Origin: a virus | IMG/VR virus record: IMGVR_UViG_3300042934_000398 | Span: 35,444 to 99,443 of that record | Length of the DNA stretch: 64,000 nt | Reading direction: 5' to 3' (one strand) | Shown: positions 30,382 to 40,681 of the stretch, piece by piece | Numbering within the stretch: the stretch's first letter is position 1 | Layout of the letters: every line of letters begins with the position of its first letter | Position numbers and translations under genes: made by a program | Notes under the pieces: model-generated | Told to the model about the DNA's origin: nothing | The model's input: only the letters and a program-made list of their open reading frames with translations | Database searches by the model: none

Positions 30382-30427
30382 AGCATATGAAACAATGTTT
30401 TTATCAGGATTGTGAAAGGAGATTACA

Positions 30428-30748
30428 ATGAAAAAATTTAAATGTACTGTTACAAAAGTTTATGAGTACGAAGTTGAATTAGATGAGAGAGTATGGACTG
30501 AAGAAGAACTAAAGAACTGGTCAGAATGTTTTTGTGATATCGATGATCTACGAGAGTTAGCAGAACAATTGTCATTAAGAAAGACTGATTATGAAGATGG
30601 AGAGTTTATTGAAGGGTTTGGTGTTCCTATGATTAATGGAAATAAACCTTTTGTGTGGGGTGATAATAAGGATGTTATTAATGAGAGTGTAAATATTAAT
30701 ATTATCACTGATGGAGAAGCTGATGTTGAAAGTGAAATAATTAATTAA
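30428..30748 (+). CDS. Acidic hypothetical protein
   Basis: RBS. Confidence 0.7.
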   Translation: MKKFKCTVTKVYEYEVELDERVWTEEELKNWSECFCDIDDLRELAEQLSLRKTDYEDGEFIEGFGVPMINGNKPFVWGDNKDVINESVNINIITDGEADVESEIIN

Positions 30749-30818
30749 GATGTGATTTTGATTAGGTTTCACTACAGTAGTGAAAGTAACATAAATAATG
30801 AAAGTGGAGGTGAATTAA

Positions 30819-31064
30819 ATGACAATTGATATTGTAAAATGAGAGAATTGGGAAGGTTTATATGTTGACGGTAATCTTTGTACTGAAGGACATCACATAG
30901 AACAAGAAGATATTCTTGAATGCATTAAAGAAACGGTAAACACATGCGAAGGAATAAGTGATTTTGAGTATGTGATTACATATGTATCATCTAAGTGGAT
31001 GGAAGATATATGTTCTTTCCCTAAATATATAGCTAATATACCAGATGAAGCAATTATTGAATAA
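30819..31064 (+). pseudogene. Small phage gene with in-frame TGA at codon 8 (30840)
   Basis: GGAGGTGA RBS; MTIDIVK*ENWEGLYVDG...; frame stays open to 31064. Confidence 0.65.
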
Positions 31065-31138
31065 TAAATAATAATATACATAATCAATCCTAATAATAGG
31101 TTGATATAAATAATACATAACAAGGAGGAATTAAAAAA

Positions 31139-31339
31139 ATGGAAGTAACACTATATTCAAATCATTGTCCACAATGTAAAGTTTTGGAAACAAAATTAAA
31201 AGATAAAAACGTAGTTTATACAGAGGTAAATGATGTTGATTTAATGTTATCAAAAGGATTTATGTCAATGCCAATGTTGGAAGTTGACGGAAATGTGATG
31301 AACTTTGCAAGTGCTTTAAAGTGGGTAAATGAAAACTAG
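31139..31339 (+). CDS. Glutaredoxin/NrdH-like redoxin
   Basis: CPQC, MPMLEVDG; precedes nrdD. Confidence 0.85.
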   Translation: MEVTLYSNHCPQCKVLETKLKDKNVVYTEVNDVDLMLSKGFMSMPMLEVDGNVMNFASALKWVNEN

Positions 31340-31360
31340 AAGACTAAAGGAGAACAAATT

Positions 31361-33190
31361 ATGCTAGAAAGTTATAGAAGAAATGTCAATTTTATTAAAA
31401 AATACGCAAGTGCAGTTAATGCGTCAAGTGGTAGTGAAGTAGATTCAAACGCAAATGTAGAGAATAAGAATATTACAACTTGCATGGGCGAAATTCCTAA
31501 GAGAGAAATTATTGGAACAAACAGATTATTAATGTGTGACAAACTAACTGAATTATATGGTGAAGATTTTGCAAATGAGTATATTAGACAGTTAGAATCA
31601 CATGAGATTTACAAACATGATGAGACATCAATAATGCCATATTGCGTTTCTATTACAATGTATCCGTTTTTATTTGGTGGATTAAAGGATATCGGTGGTA
31701 TTTCATCTGCACCTACTAATCTACAAGCATTTCAAGGATCATTTATTAATTTAGTCTTCGCTATTGCTAGTCAGTTTGCAGGTGCAGTAGCTACACCAGA
31801 GTATCTTATGTATTTAGATTATTTTATCAGAAAAGAATATGGAGAAGATTATTATAAACGTGTAGATGATATTGTAGTACAATCCATTAAACCTAAAACA
31901 ATTGACAAAGTTATTACAGATGGGTTTGAGCAAGTAGTATACTCAATGAATCAACCAGCCGCAGCAAGAAACTTTCAGTCAGTATTTTGGAATGTAGCAT
32001 ATTTTGATAAGCCATACTTTGAAGGAATGTTTGACAATTTTGTATTTCCTGATGGAACATGCCCAACATGGGAAAGTGTTGATTGGTTACAGAGAAGATT
32101 TATGAAGTGGTTTAATAAAGAAAGACTTAAAAAAGTATTAACATTCCCGGTTGAAACATTAAACTTACTTAATGACGGAGAAGATTATGTAGATAAAGAA
32201 TATAAAGAACTTCAAGCTGAAATGTATGCTGAAGGACATTCATTCTTTACATATACAAGTAATAGCGTTGATTCATTGGCTAGTTGTTGCCGATTGAAAA
32301 ATGAATTTCAGGATAATACATTCTCATATACTCTTGGAGCTGGTGGAGTATCAACAGGTTCTAAAGGTGTTATAACAATAAATCTGAATAGACTCGTACA
32401 AAACGCTACTAAAAATAATATAGATATTTCAGATGCCGTATCAGAGCAAGTTGAAAAAGTACATAAATATTTAACAGCATATAATGAAATCATTACAGAC
32501 TATTTTAATGCAAGAATGTTGCCTATTTTTGATGCTGGTTATATTTCATTAGAGAAACAATTTTTAACTATCGGCATCAACGGATTTGTAGAAGGAGCTG
32601 AGTTCTTAGGAATCGACATTTCTCCTAACGAAGAATACTTTGAATATGGAGAAAGAATATTAAAACCTATTTATACGTTAAATAAACAAGCTAAAACAAA
32701 AGAACTGATGTTTAACACGGAGTTCGTGCCAGCGGAAAATCTAGGAGTTAAGAACGCTAAATGGGACAAGAAAGACGGATATTTTGTACCAAGAGAATGT
32801 TACAATAGCTATTTCTATAAAGTGGAAGACGAAACATGTAATATATTAGATAAGTTTATCTTACATGGAAATAAACTTACTAAATATTTAGATGGTGGAT
32901 CTGCATTACATATGAATTTAGATGAACACTTATCTAAAGAACAATATTTACACTTAGGAAAAGTTGCTATCAAAACTGGCTGCCAGTATTATACATACAA
33001 TATTCCAAACACAATTTGTAACAAGTGTGGACATATTAGCAAGCATAGATTAAATACTTGTGAAAAATGTGGAAGTGAAGATTTGGATTATGCAACCAGA
33101 GTTATTGGATATCTAAAGAGAGTATCTAAGTTTGCTGAAGCTAGAATTAGGGAAGCGGCAAGGAGATTTTATGACAAATTTAAAGCTTAA
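31361..33190 (+). CDS. nrdD: Anaerobic ribonucleoside-triphosphate reductase
   Basis: PYC, SCCRL, PAENLG, CNKCG...CEKCGS, RVIGY glycyl radical motif. Confidence 0.95.
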   Translation: MLESYRRNVNFIKKYASAVNASSGSEVDSNANVENKNITTCMGEIPKREIIGTNRLLMCDKLTELYGEDFANEYIRQLESHEIYKHDETSIMPYCVSITMYPFLFGGLKDIGGISSAPTNLQAFQGSFINLVFAIASQFAGAVATPEYLMYLDYFIRKEYGEDYYKRVDDIVVQSIKPKTIDKVITDGFEQVVYSMNQPAAARNFQSVFWNVAYFDKPYFEGMFDNFVFPDGTCPTWESVDWLQRRFMKWFNKERLKKVLTFPVETLNLLNDGEDYVDKEYKELQAEMYAEGHSFFTYTSNSVDSLASCCRLKNEFQDNTFSYTLGAGGVSTGSKGVITINLNRLVQNATKNNIDISDAVSEQVEKVHKYLTAYNEIITDYFNARMLPIFDAGYISLEKQFLTIGINGFVEGAEFLGIDISPNEEYFEYGERILKPIYTLNKQAKTKELMFNTEFVPAENLGVKNAKWDKKDGYFVPRECYNSYFYKVEDETCNILDKFILHGNKLTKYLDGGSALHMNLDEHLSKEQYLHLGKVAIKTGCQYYTYNIPNTICNKCGHISKHRLNTCEKCGSEDLDYATRVIGYLKRVSKFAEARIREAARRFYDKFKA

Positions 33191-33629
33191 ATATATAAGC
33201 TATTCAATTGCATTACAAGAAGTTCCTGACGAGATTTCGTTAGTGATTAATATTAGTGGTTGCCCTCATTTATGTGAGGGTTGCCACTCTCAATATTTAA
33301 CTAAATACGAAGGAAATTATTTGCTAGATGATTTAGAAGAACTAATTAATATCTATTATGGAATGATTACTTGTGTTTGTTTTATGGGTGGCGACCAAAA
33401 CATGATTGAATTAGACACTGCAATAGAATACGTACATAGAAAAGGATTGAAAACTTGTGTATATAGTGGCTCAGATGACTTTAGTATATTTAAATGTTCA
33501 TTGAAGTATCTTGATTGGTTAAAGATAGGCTCATACAAACAAGAACTAAGTGTTGATAATAATATACAACACGGAATTAAATTGGCGACAAGCAATCAAA
33601 AGTTATATAAAAGAGGTATAGATTACTAA
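33171..33629 (+). CDS. nrdG: Anaerobic RNR activating radical SAM enzyme
   Basis: SGCPHLCEGCHS, FMGGD; follows nrdD. Confidence 0.9.
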   Translation: MTNLKLKYISYSIALQEVPDEISLVINISGCPHLCEGCHSQYLTKYEGNYLLDDLEELINIYYGMITCVCFMGGDQNMIELDTAIEYVHRKGLKTCVYSGSDDFSIFKCSLKYLDWLKIGSYKQELSVDNNIQHGIKLATSNQKLYKRGIDY

Positions 33630-33671
33630 ACCAATATCTTGTTTTATGTGCTTTTTTGAAAGGAGTTAAAA

Positions 33672-33827
33672 ATGGCTAGATATGAAGTTGAAGTACATGC
33701 CTATCAAATAGTGGAAGTTGAAGCCAATAGTGAAGAAGAAGCAATTGAAAAGGCGATTGAAGAAGGTGTAGATCTTTCAAGTTGTGAATGGAGTCATGAA
33801 AGATGCAGTAAAATCAAAAACGAATAA
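33672..33827 (+). CDS. Small protein with VEVEANSEEEA motif (DpnD/PcfM-like), not in ORF track
   Basis: GAAAGGAG RBS. Confidence 0.6.
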   Translation: MARYEVEVHAYQIVEVEANSEEEAIEKAIEEGVDLSSCEWSHERCSKIKNE

Positions 33828-33848
33828 TATACAACAATAAAAAGGAGA

Positions 33849-34421
33849 GTGATTATTATAGGAGCGAATGTAGGATATTTAACCGCAGCTAAAACGGATG
33901 AGTCGAATGAAAACTATACACCTTATTACGCTGTTGAACCAATAATGAAATATATAGATAAGAAGTTAAAGGTTTGGCTACCGTTTGATGAAGAATGGTC
34001 GGCATACTATAACACATTTAAAGATAATGGATATGACGTTATAAGAAGCTGTATTCAGGAATGTCAAGATTTCTTTACATATGAACCAGAAGAATATGAT
34101 GTGATTGTTAGTAATCCACCATTTAATGTAAAGGATAAAATACTAAAACGGTTAGATGAATTAGGGAAGCCATTTGCAATTTTGCTTCCAATGAATTCTC
34201 TTCAAGGAGCAAGCAGATATAAGTGTTGTTTTAAAAATGGAATACAATTATTAGCATTTGATCAAAGAATAGGATTTCATTCACAAGACAAAATGGACGA
34301 ACCAATAGAAGGAAGTCCATTTGCAAGTGCATACTTTTGTAGAAATGTATTACCGAAAGATTTGATAGTAGAAGAGTTAATTAAATATAAGAAACCATTA
34401 ATAAATAATAACAGACGATAA
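33849..34421 (+). CDS. Putative phage DNA N6-adenine methyltransferase
   Basis: YTP, WLPFD, DFF, IVSNPPF, PFAILLP. Confidence 0.75.
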   Translation: MIIIGANVGYLTAAKTDESNENYTPYYAVEPIMKYIDKKLKVWLPFDEEWSAYYNTFKDNGYDVIRSCIQECQDFFTYEPEEYDVIVSNPPFNVKDKILKRLDELGKPFAILLPMNSLQGASRYKCCFKNGIQLLAFDQRIGFHSQDKMDEPIEGSPFASAYFCRNVLPKDLIVEELIKYKKPLINNNRR

Positions 34422-34456
34422 AATGAAAATTTGATTAACTCTTGAAAGGAGATAAG

Positions 34457-34735
34457 ATGAATTTAGCATATTATAACGACCATAAAGAAAAGTGGCAATC
34501 ACATGAAATTTCTTTATTAGACGAGAACTTCTATAATACAGAGCACGATGTATTTAGCCATGATCCATTTAATATTACAGGTTATGGAGAAACAAAAGAA
34601 GAAGCACTTAGTAATTTCAAAATGAAATTTGAATATACAATGAATGAACTTAAAGCGTTTGAAACAATGTTGTTAGATACAAGTGTTATTGAAGATAATA
34701 TTGTTCAAGTGGATTGTTTTAAAAAGAGAATATAA
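34457..34735 (+). CDS. Hypothetical protein (GYGETKEEA, HicB-like motif)
   Basis: RBS; motif. Confidence 0.6.
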   Translation: MNLAYYNDHKEKWQSHEISLLDENFYNTEHDVFSHDPFNITGYGETKEEALSNFKMKFEYTMNELKAFETMLLDTSVIEDNIVQVDCFKKRI

Positions 34736-34779
34736 TATAGAACTACTATTTTAATTACTTGCAGGAAAGGATGTGAGTT

Positions 34780-34965
34780 ATGAGATTATTTAAAGTGGAC
34801 TATATGGATGATTGTGATGATGATTCTTATTTAACTGTAGGTAATAATTTAGAAGAAGTAGAAGAAAGAGAATTAATTAAATTACAGTCTGAATGTTCTT
34901 GTTTTATGGGATGTTGGGTGTTTGAAGTAAAAGAAGTAGATGGGCATAAAATAAAAGTAGAATAA
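34780..34965 (+). CDS. Small acidic hypothetical protein
   Basis: RBS. Confidence 0.6.
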   Translation: MRLFKVDYMDDCDDDSYLTVGNNLEEVEERELIKLQSECSCFMGCWVFEVKEVDGHKIKVE

Positions 34966-35165
34966 TACGACAAATTTATCAAGAATGACAGCAAAAAAGG
35001 GTGCCAATCGTCGATACACCCCTTAATGCTGATTATATTCTTAAAAAATATAGTTTTTTATAGGTGCGCACTACCTACAATAAATATATATGTTAATGTT
35101 CCAAAAATATGTTTATAAGTTAAAAATAATTTTAAAATTATAATTAATTAAGAAAGGAGTAAATA

Positions 35166-35477
35166 ATGGAAAGATTAACAAAATATAATGCTACAGGAGT
35201 AGCAGTTTTAAAGCAACCATTTGTATGTGATAAGTGTGATGAAATTTTTTATAGGTTACACGATTTAGGATATGGAGAACCTATTGCAAAATTAGCTAAG
35301 TATGAAGATTTAGAAGAAAAGTTGCATTATCTATGCAAAAATGGAGATGAAAATATTGTTGAAAATATTATCAATGTTTTTATTGAAATAATATTCAAAG
35401 GACAGAAACATGAAGGCTTTGAAATATTAACAAATGAAGATGCAGAGTTATATAATGAATGGTTAAAGACCATATAG
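35166..35477 (+). CDS. Phage protein (MERLT...KLAKYED family)
   Basis: Paralogue of 5503. Confidence 0.7.
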   Translation: MERLTKYNATGVAVLKQPFVCDKCDEIFYRLHDLGYGEPIAKLAKYEDLEEKLHYLCKNGDENIVENIINVFIEIIFKGQKHEGFEILTNEDAELYNEWLKTI

Positions 35478-35532
35478 AAACATAATATCATAAAAAAAAT
35501 AGAGAACACTCTACGCATTCTCTACCTTAATA

Positions 35533-35952
35533 TTAATCTTTTTCGTAGATGTTATATAACACTACGTAAATACAATAGATAAAAATTACGGCAATACTTG
35601 AAAAAATTATTGATAAATTTTTATTTAACCAAAAATGTATTAACATAAAAACTGCTGACCAACACGCAGTCATACCTAAAAGATAGTAATAAATTAACAT
35701 TTTAGCTCGGTGTATTATACCAATAATTGGGAAAAAGGTATTAGTTATACCAATTAATATTATAGTAATTATATAATAGTTTTCTGTTGGCATTAAGTTA
35801 AAAGGTATGATTAAGTATAAACTTAATATTAAAGCAGATGTTATTAAATAAAATCGAAAAAGTGTATTATAAAATTCAAGTTTTACTATTAGCTCTCTTT
35901 CGTCAAGTACATATCCTTTTTTCATAGTAGTTTTAAAAAGATTAATTTGCAT
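35533..35952 (-). CDS. Multi-pass membrane protein
   Basis: About four hydrophobic segments; AGGAGG RBS; coupled to XRE gene. Confidence 0.7.
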   Translation of the reverse strand: MQINLFKTTMKKGYVLDERELIVKLEFYNTLFRFYLITSALILSLYLIIPFNLMPTENYYIITIILIGITNTFFPIIGIIHRAKMLIYYYLLGMTACWSAVFMLIHFWLNKNLSIIFSSIAVIFIYCIYVVLYNIYEKD

Positions 35953-36166
35953 TATTTAAGTCCTCCTTGTTTTTCCAAAATAATTCGTCGAGCGATTTAT
36001 CTAATGCCCAACAGATTCGTAAACATAATTCAATTGTAGGATTATATTTACCAGTTTCAATTAAGTTGATAGTTTGTCTTGATGCCTTAACAAGTTCAGC
36101 TAATTGATCTTGTGATAAATCTTTAGCAACACGAGCAAGTTTTAAATTAATATTTTTGTCATTCAT
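35942..36166 (-). CDS. XRE-family HTH regulator
   Basis: LKLARVAKDLSQDQLAELVKASRQTINLIETGKYNP. Confidence 0.9.
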   Translation of the reverse strand: MNDKNINLKLARVAKDLSQDQLAELVKASRQTINLIETGKYNPTIELCLRICWALDKSLDELFWKNKEDLNNAN

Positions 36167-36185
36167 ATATTCACCTCCATGACTT

Positions 36186-36214
36186 ACTATACTATATAAT
36201 ATATGAAATGTCAA
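36186..36214 (-). promoter_or_regulatory. SigA-type promoter of the XRE cassette
   Basis: TTGACA-N17-TATAGT on - strand. Confidence 0.7.
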
Positions 36215-36273
36215 TTATAATGTACTAAAAATATAATATAAATTATAAATGTATATAGAAAGGAACAAAACAT

Positions 36274-37017
36274 ATGAGTATTTCATTAGAAGAAGCCAGA
36301 AATAAGCTTGATACTTTAGAAAAATTAGCAGGTAATCCAGAGTTAATATTAACAGATTTATTTACAGAAGGTGTATCAGGAAGTAATTTTTTATATCAAA
36401 TTAATATAGATGGTAAATATATATTAGATTATTTAAAAGAATATCTTCAAAAAATATCAGTTTTATCAGATTGTATAATTACTAATAGTTCATATGATTT
36501 TTATATTTACATACAGTCATTAAAAATTGTAGAATATTACAAATATGATTCAAATGATTGTATTGTACGTATAAACGCCGACAAAAGAACGTTTAAAATT
36601 ATTAATCGATGCATTGAAGATTATGAAACCATTATGAATAAAAAATACATAAAAGGAATTAAAACATTAGACGGATATTGGATAAGGTTTCAAAATTTAA
36701 ACTTTAAAAAAAGAATTAAAAATGCTATTAATTCATTCTCTTCAAATAAGAAGTTTTACGTAAAGATTCTTGATTTTTTATTTTGGCTGAGAATAAAACA
36801 AAGTAAGGTTGATAAATTACTTAATCAAAAAATTACCGAAATCAATGAATCTAATAAGTATAATGAAGAATTTTATAATGAAGAAATTGAAAGACAAAAT
36901 TATTATTTACAATATGCACCAAAACAAATACAAAAAATTAAAGAAAAACAAAAAGAAATTTCTACATATCTATTAAGTATTGGATATAAAGAATATAAAG
37001 AAATGTCAGAACACTAA
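36274..37017 (+). CDS. Hypothetical protein
   Basis: 247-aa ORF with RBS. Confidence 0.7.
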   Translation: MSISLEEARNKLDTLEKLAGNPELILTDLFTEGVSGSNFLYQINIDGKYILDYLKEYLQKISVLSDCIITNSSYDFYIYIQSLKIVEYYKYDSNDCIVRINADKRTFKIINRCIEDYETIMNKKYIKGIKTLDGYWIRFQNLNFKKRIKNAINSFSSNKKFYVKILDFLFWLRIKQSKVDKLLNQKITEINESNKYNEEFYNEEIERQNYYLQYAPKQIQKIKEKQKEISTYLLSIGYKEYKEMSEH

Positions 37018-37064
37018 ATAGCAAATAAAAGGTAGATTTTAACATGTTTTAGAAAGGAATAAAT

Positions 37065-37226
37065 ATGACTGTAAAAGAACTTAGAGACAAACTAAATAAA
37101 TTGATAGACGCAGACGAATCAGATTTATTAGTTTATTTTAACGATGGTTGTTCTTGACTTGAAGAAATTATAGAGATAAAAGAAGAATACAATGAATGTG
37201 ATAGAGAACATATTCAACTAATGTAA
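37065..37226 (+). pseudogene. Small MTVKEL-type gene with in-frame TGA at 37155
   Basis: RBS; frame continues 22 codons after the TGA. Confidence 0.55.
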
Positions 37227-37271
37227 GAGCTGATAAAACAGAATTTTATCAGCTCTAAGGAAGGAGAATTT

Positions 37272-37469
37272 ATGGATATTTTTCAATGTATCAATAAAAA
37301 GAAAAGTAATGTTCATTGCCAATATAATAAATGTAAACATAATTATGATGGTATTTGTATCCACGAATATGTTATGGAAAAATACAAAGATTCTGAATAT
37401 GTTCTTATGTCAGAATGCGATATAGCATATGAAAAAAGTAGCAACTATGATGACATGTATTGGTACTAA
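37272..37469 (+). CDS. Cys-rich hypothetical protein
   Basis: RBS; C...CKHN...C. Confidence 0.6.
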   Translation: MDIFQCINKKKSNVHCQYNKCKHNYDGICIHEYVMEKYKDSEYVLMSECDIAYEKSSNYDDMYWY

Positions 37470-37724
37470 GAGTAAATCAGTTGTATCTTTGATTATGTAA
37501 TGTCAAAATCCCACATAATACTCACAGTAATATTGTTCGGATACTACATGAAAAAAAGGTGACTTTGACAATGAAATTAGTGATAAATTGTGTAGAACAA
37601 TATCTTATATCGCAACTATAATTAATGAATTGCTTACACATATTTATGTAACTAGTATTAACTGAATTAAAAAATATATACATATAAATACAGATTTCTA
37701 TTACAAAAACAAAAGGAGATATAA

Positions 37725-37925
37725 ATGAAAGTAAAATTTATTTTTGACGCACAATTTTATAGTTACATGGAAGAAATAGTAGACTTGCAAGATAATCTAT
37801 CTGAGTCTGATATTAAAGCCATGTTTCCAATCGTATTGGGTATAGAATATAACGATAATTGTTCATTCGAAGCTATTAATGGGAAAATTGTATGTGACGA
37901 AGAAGTGTTAGCTTATACAGAATAA
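37725..37925 (+). CDS. Hypothetical protein
   Basis: RBS. Confidence 0.65.
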   Translation: MKVKFIFDAQFYSYMEEIVDLQDNLSESDIKAMFPIVLGIEYNDNCSFEAINGKIVCDEEVLAYTE

Positions 37926-37940
37926 TAAAGGAGAAAAATT

Positions 37941-38528
37941 ATGGCAAGAGGAAAACAAAGTTTACTAGAATTAACTGCACCAGAAAATATTATAGAAACA
38001 AATGAAGAAGTTGGTTCAATACCGTTTTTCGATATAGATGACGAATATGCGATTTCTGGTTGTTATGGAGATTATGCACTGGTGATTAGAAAGAAAGCAA
38101 GTAAAACTGGGAAAGAAGAAAATGGAGAAGATAACACTAAAGTTTATACATATTATCGTTGGGATGAATTAAAATATGATAGTAAAGTATATGGTATATT
38201 TGATCTTTATTTAAAAGCGAAAAGATTACATTCGTTTAAAAACATGAAACGCACCAATGACATCAAAGAGCTTATTAAAATTGAAAAAGAAATTTCAGAC
38301 TATGTACATAACATACTAGATATTAATACAAGTGAACAGTTTAAAACAGTTTGTGATTTAACTGATACAGTTTTGTTTTTAAAGAAACAAATAGAAGAGG
38401 CAAGGAATACACTATCTGAATATAAGAAACTAATACATGATACACAATTAGAATTTAAAGAGTCTAAAAAATTAATTGTAGAAAATATGCCAAAAACAAA
38501 GAAACATCCAATTAAGGAGGAAGAATAG
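37941..38528 (+). CDS. Hypothetical protein
   Basis: RBS; coupled to dUTPase. Confidence 0.7.
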   Translation: MARGKQSLLELTAPENIIETNEEVGSIPFFDIDDEYAISGCYGDYALVIRKKASKTGKEENGEDNTKVYTYYRWDELKYDSKVYGIFDLYLKAKRLHSFKNMKRTNDIKELIKIEKEISDYVHNILDINTSEQFKTVCDLTDTVLFLKKQIEEARNTLSEYKKLIHDTQLEFKESKKLIVENMPKTKKHPIKEEE

Positions 38529-38529
38529 A

Positions 38530-39030
38530 ATGACACTAAAAGAAAATGAATTGCTATTTGCAAAAGTAAGAGATGGTGCTATTATACCAAGCAAGAGAGA
38601 AGAAGATGGTTGTTTCGATATATACGCATGTTTTAATGAAGAATATATGGTAATTCCGCCACACACAAATAAGTTAATTCCTACTGGTATAGCTTCGGCG
38701 TTTACTCCAAAATATCGTTTAGCTATTAGGGAACGTGGCAGTAATACTAAATCAACACTAATCACAATGGCAGGTCAAGTTGATAGTGGATACAGAGGAG
38801 AAATATTTGTAAGTCTATATAATGGAAACGATATTCATATTGAAATAACTAAAAATATTATAGAGGTGGAAAAGACAGAAGATTTAATTCGTGTACCTTA
38901 TACAAAAGCAATTGCTCAATTTGCTATAGAAGAAGTTCCTGTTATGAATGTTAAAGAAATTAGTTATGAATACTTGGTTAAAATAGAATCAGAACGTGGT
39001 ATTGGCAAATTAGGAAGCAGCACAAAGTAA
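38530..39030 (+). CDS. dut: dUTPase (trimeric)
   Basis: IPTGI, ERGS, GQVDSGYRGE, IAQ, ERGIGKLGSS. Confidence 0.92.
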   Translation: MTLKENELLFAKVRDGAIIPSKREEDGCFDIYACFNEEYMVIPPHTNKLIPTGIASAFTPKYRLAIRERGSNTKSTLITMAGQVDSGYRGEIFVSLYNGNDIHIEITKNIIEVEKTEDLIRVPYTKAIAQFAIEEVPVMNVKEISYEYLVKIESERGIGKLGSSTK

Positions 39031-39060
39031 AATTAAATACAAATAATAATAAACAAGTTA

Positions 39061-39089
39061 TTGACATTTGATTAAGAACGTGTTATATT
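39061..39089 (+). promoter_or_regulatory. SigA-type promoter
   Basis: TTGACA-N17-TATATT with extended TG; AAATAATAATAAAC just upstream. Confidence 0.75.
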
Positions 39090-39198
39090 TAGTTCATGGC
39101 AGAAATACAAGCTATAGAATATAAGTATATCACGTTTTTAATTTCTGTCTTACATAAAAAATATAACAAAGATAATAATAAACAAGAAAGGGGGAAAT

Positions 39199-39561
39199 AT
39201 GAGATTTAAGGATTATAAAGCAATGTTACATAAAGAAGAACGAATGCTTAATCGTATTCACACAATGGACATGAGTTTAAATGGTGGTGATGAATTAGTA
39301 GATATCTATGATATTACAATACCAGAAAACTTCAAATTAACAAAGCCAAAAAGAAAGAAGATTTACAGAGCCTTTAATTACTTTATCAGAAATGGATTCT
39401 TTGACAAACCAATAAGTGTTATTATTGAAAGCAATGAGAATGGTAAGGCTAATAGATTTGTTTTGGTAGATGGGTATTCAAGATATGTGGCTGCAAGGTG
39501 GATGTATATGAGGTTTATTCCGGTTAAATACATAGATATTAACGATGTTATAATTAAATAA
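39199..39561 (+). CDS. ParB/Srx-like domain protein
   Basis: PISV...LVDGYSRYVAA. Confidence 0.65.
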   Translation: MRFKDYKAMLHKEERMLNRIHTMDMSLNGGDELVDIYDITIPENFKLTKPKRKKIYRAFNYFIRNGFFDKPISVIIESNENGKANRFVLVDGYSRYVAARWMYMRFIPVKYIDINDVIIK

Positions 39562-39598
39562 GAAATGTAAATAATAATATACGAGGTAAGTAGAATTT

Positions 39599-39964
39599 AT
39601 GAGAGATAAAAATAGGATTAAACCATTCTTAGCAGAACTAGAAAAAGCATGGTTATACAGCCCTGATTTAAGATTTACGCAGCTTGTTATTAATCTACTT
39701 GGAATTGATTCATATTATATGGAAGACGAAGATGCTTTGAAGGTTATTCAACGATATAATGGAACTAAGGACGATGAGATATTTAAAGTTAGATGCAAGT
39801 GAGAATCTTGTGGTAAAGAAATTAAGGTAGGTGTTCCAAAGAAAGATTACTACGGTGGCGATTTTGATTGTAGATTTGGAAATACATGTAATGAATGCGT
39901 ACCGTCAGATAGTGTTACTAGGGATGGAATGTGCGAAAGTACATATTTAGAAATCGAAGAATAG
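39599..39964 (+). pseudogene. DUF1040-like N-terminus fused to a Zn-ribbon, interrupted by TGA at 39800
   Basis: MRDKNRI...W..PDLRF; read-through RCK*ESCGK...CNEC continues to TAG at 39962-39964. Confidence 0.6.
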
Positions 39965-40009
39965 AAGCCAAAACAAAGATGTACTTTATTAGGAGTTGAA
40001 AGGAGATTT

Positions 40010-40165
40010 ATGAAAAGAGAAGACGAAATTACTAGGTTAATATTATTATGGGGATATGAAACAATAGGTGATTTATCGGATGGGATTCCATTCTGCACAT
40101 TATCTTCATTATCAAGTTACTTAGCAGATAATATGATTTTAAAATCTGAAATAGAAAATCAATAA
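40010..40165 (+). CDS. Small hypothetical protein, not in ORF track
   Basis: GAAAGGAG RBS. Confidence 0.55.
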   Translation: MKREDEITRLILLWGYETIGDLSDGIPFCTLSSLSSYLADNMILKSEIENQ

Positions 40166-40212
40166 CAAATCTAAAATTGGTGTGCTTATTAAAAGAAAGA
40201 GAGGAATAAACA

Positions 40213-40641
40213 ATGGGATTGGATAGAGAACCTATAAAGATTGCAAATGCTTTAAAAATTGCAAAAGAATATTATAACGAAAAAACATACCAACATGCTT
40301 TAAGAGTTATGCAATACGTAGCAGATAATGAAATGATTCAAAGTGAGTATAAAGATGAATGTGTGGCATTAGCTATAATGCACGATCTATTAGAAGATAC
40401 AGATTTTAATAGTGCTTATTTTCCAGAATACTTCAATAAAGCATTAAAATTACTAACCAAACCAAAAGAACAAGACTACATTGATTACATTAAGAACATT
40501 AAAGATACTGGCTACACAAATTGGAGAATGTGTGCTTATTGGGTTAAATTAGCAGATATGAAAGATCATTTAGCACAGACCGAAACACTTACAGATAAGT
40601 TGAAAGAAAAGTATTTAAAAGCGTTACCATATTTACTATAA
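40213..40641 (+). CDS. HD-domain protein, small alarmone hydrolase/Mesh1-like
   Basis: HALRV, AIMHDLLEDT, LLTK, VKLAD. Confidence 0.8.
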   Translation: MGLDREPIKIANALKIAKEYYNEKTYQHALRVMQYVADNEMIQSEYKDECVALAIMHDLLEDTDFNSAYFPEYFNKALKLLTKPKEQDYIDYIKNIKDTGYTNWRMCAYWVKLADMKDHLAQTETLTDKLKEKYLKALPYLL

Positions 40642-40681
40642 AATGTGCATTCGATTTGCTTATTAGAAAGGGGAAAGAAAT

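Noticed and set aside
18886-33629. Host chromosomal origin of dnaE, ligA, nrdDG and recD2
   Set aside because: Embedded among phage-type small ORFs and homing endonucleases in SPbeta-like order, with no host operon context
30819-39964. Genome-wide TGA recoding or selenocysteine
   Set aside because: TGA is used as a normal stop in many genes (e.g. 9368, 15070, 17708, 43260, 45390), long genes have no internal TGA, and no SECIS-like hairpin or suppressor tRNA was seen
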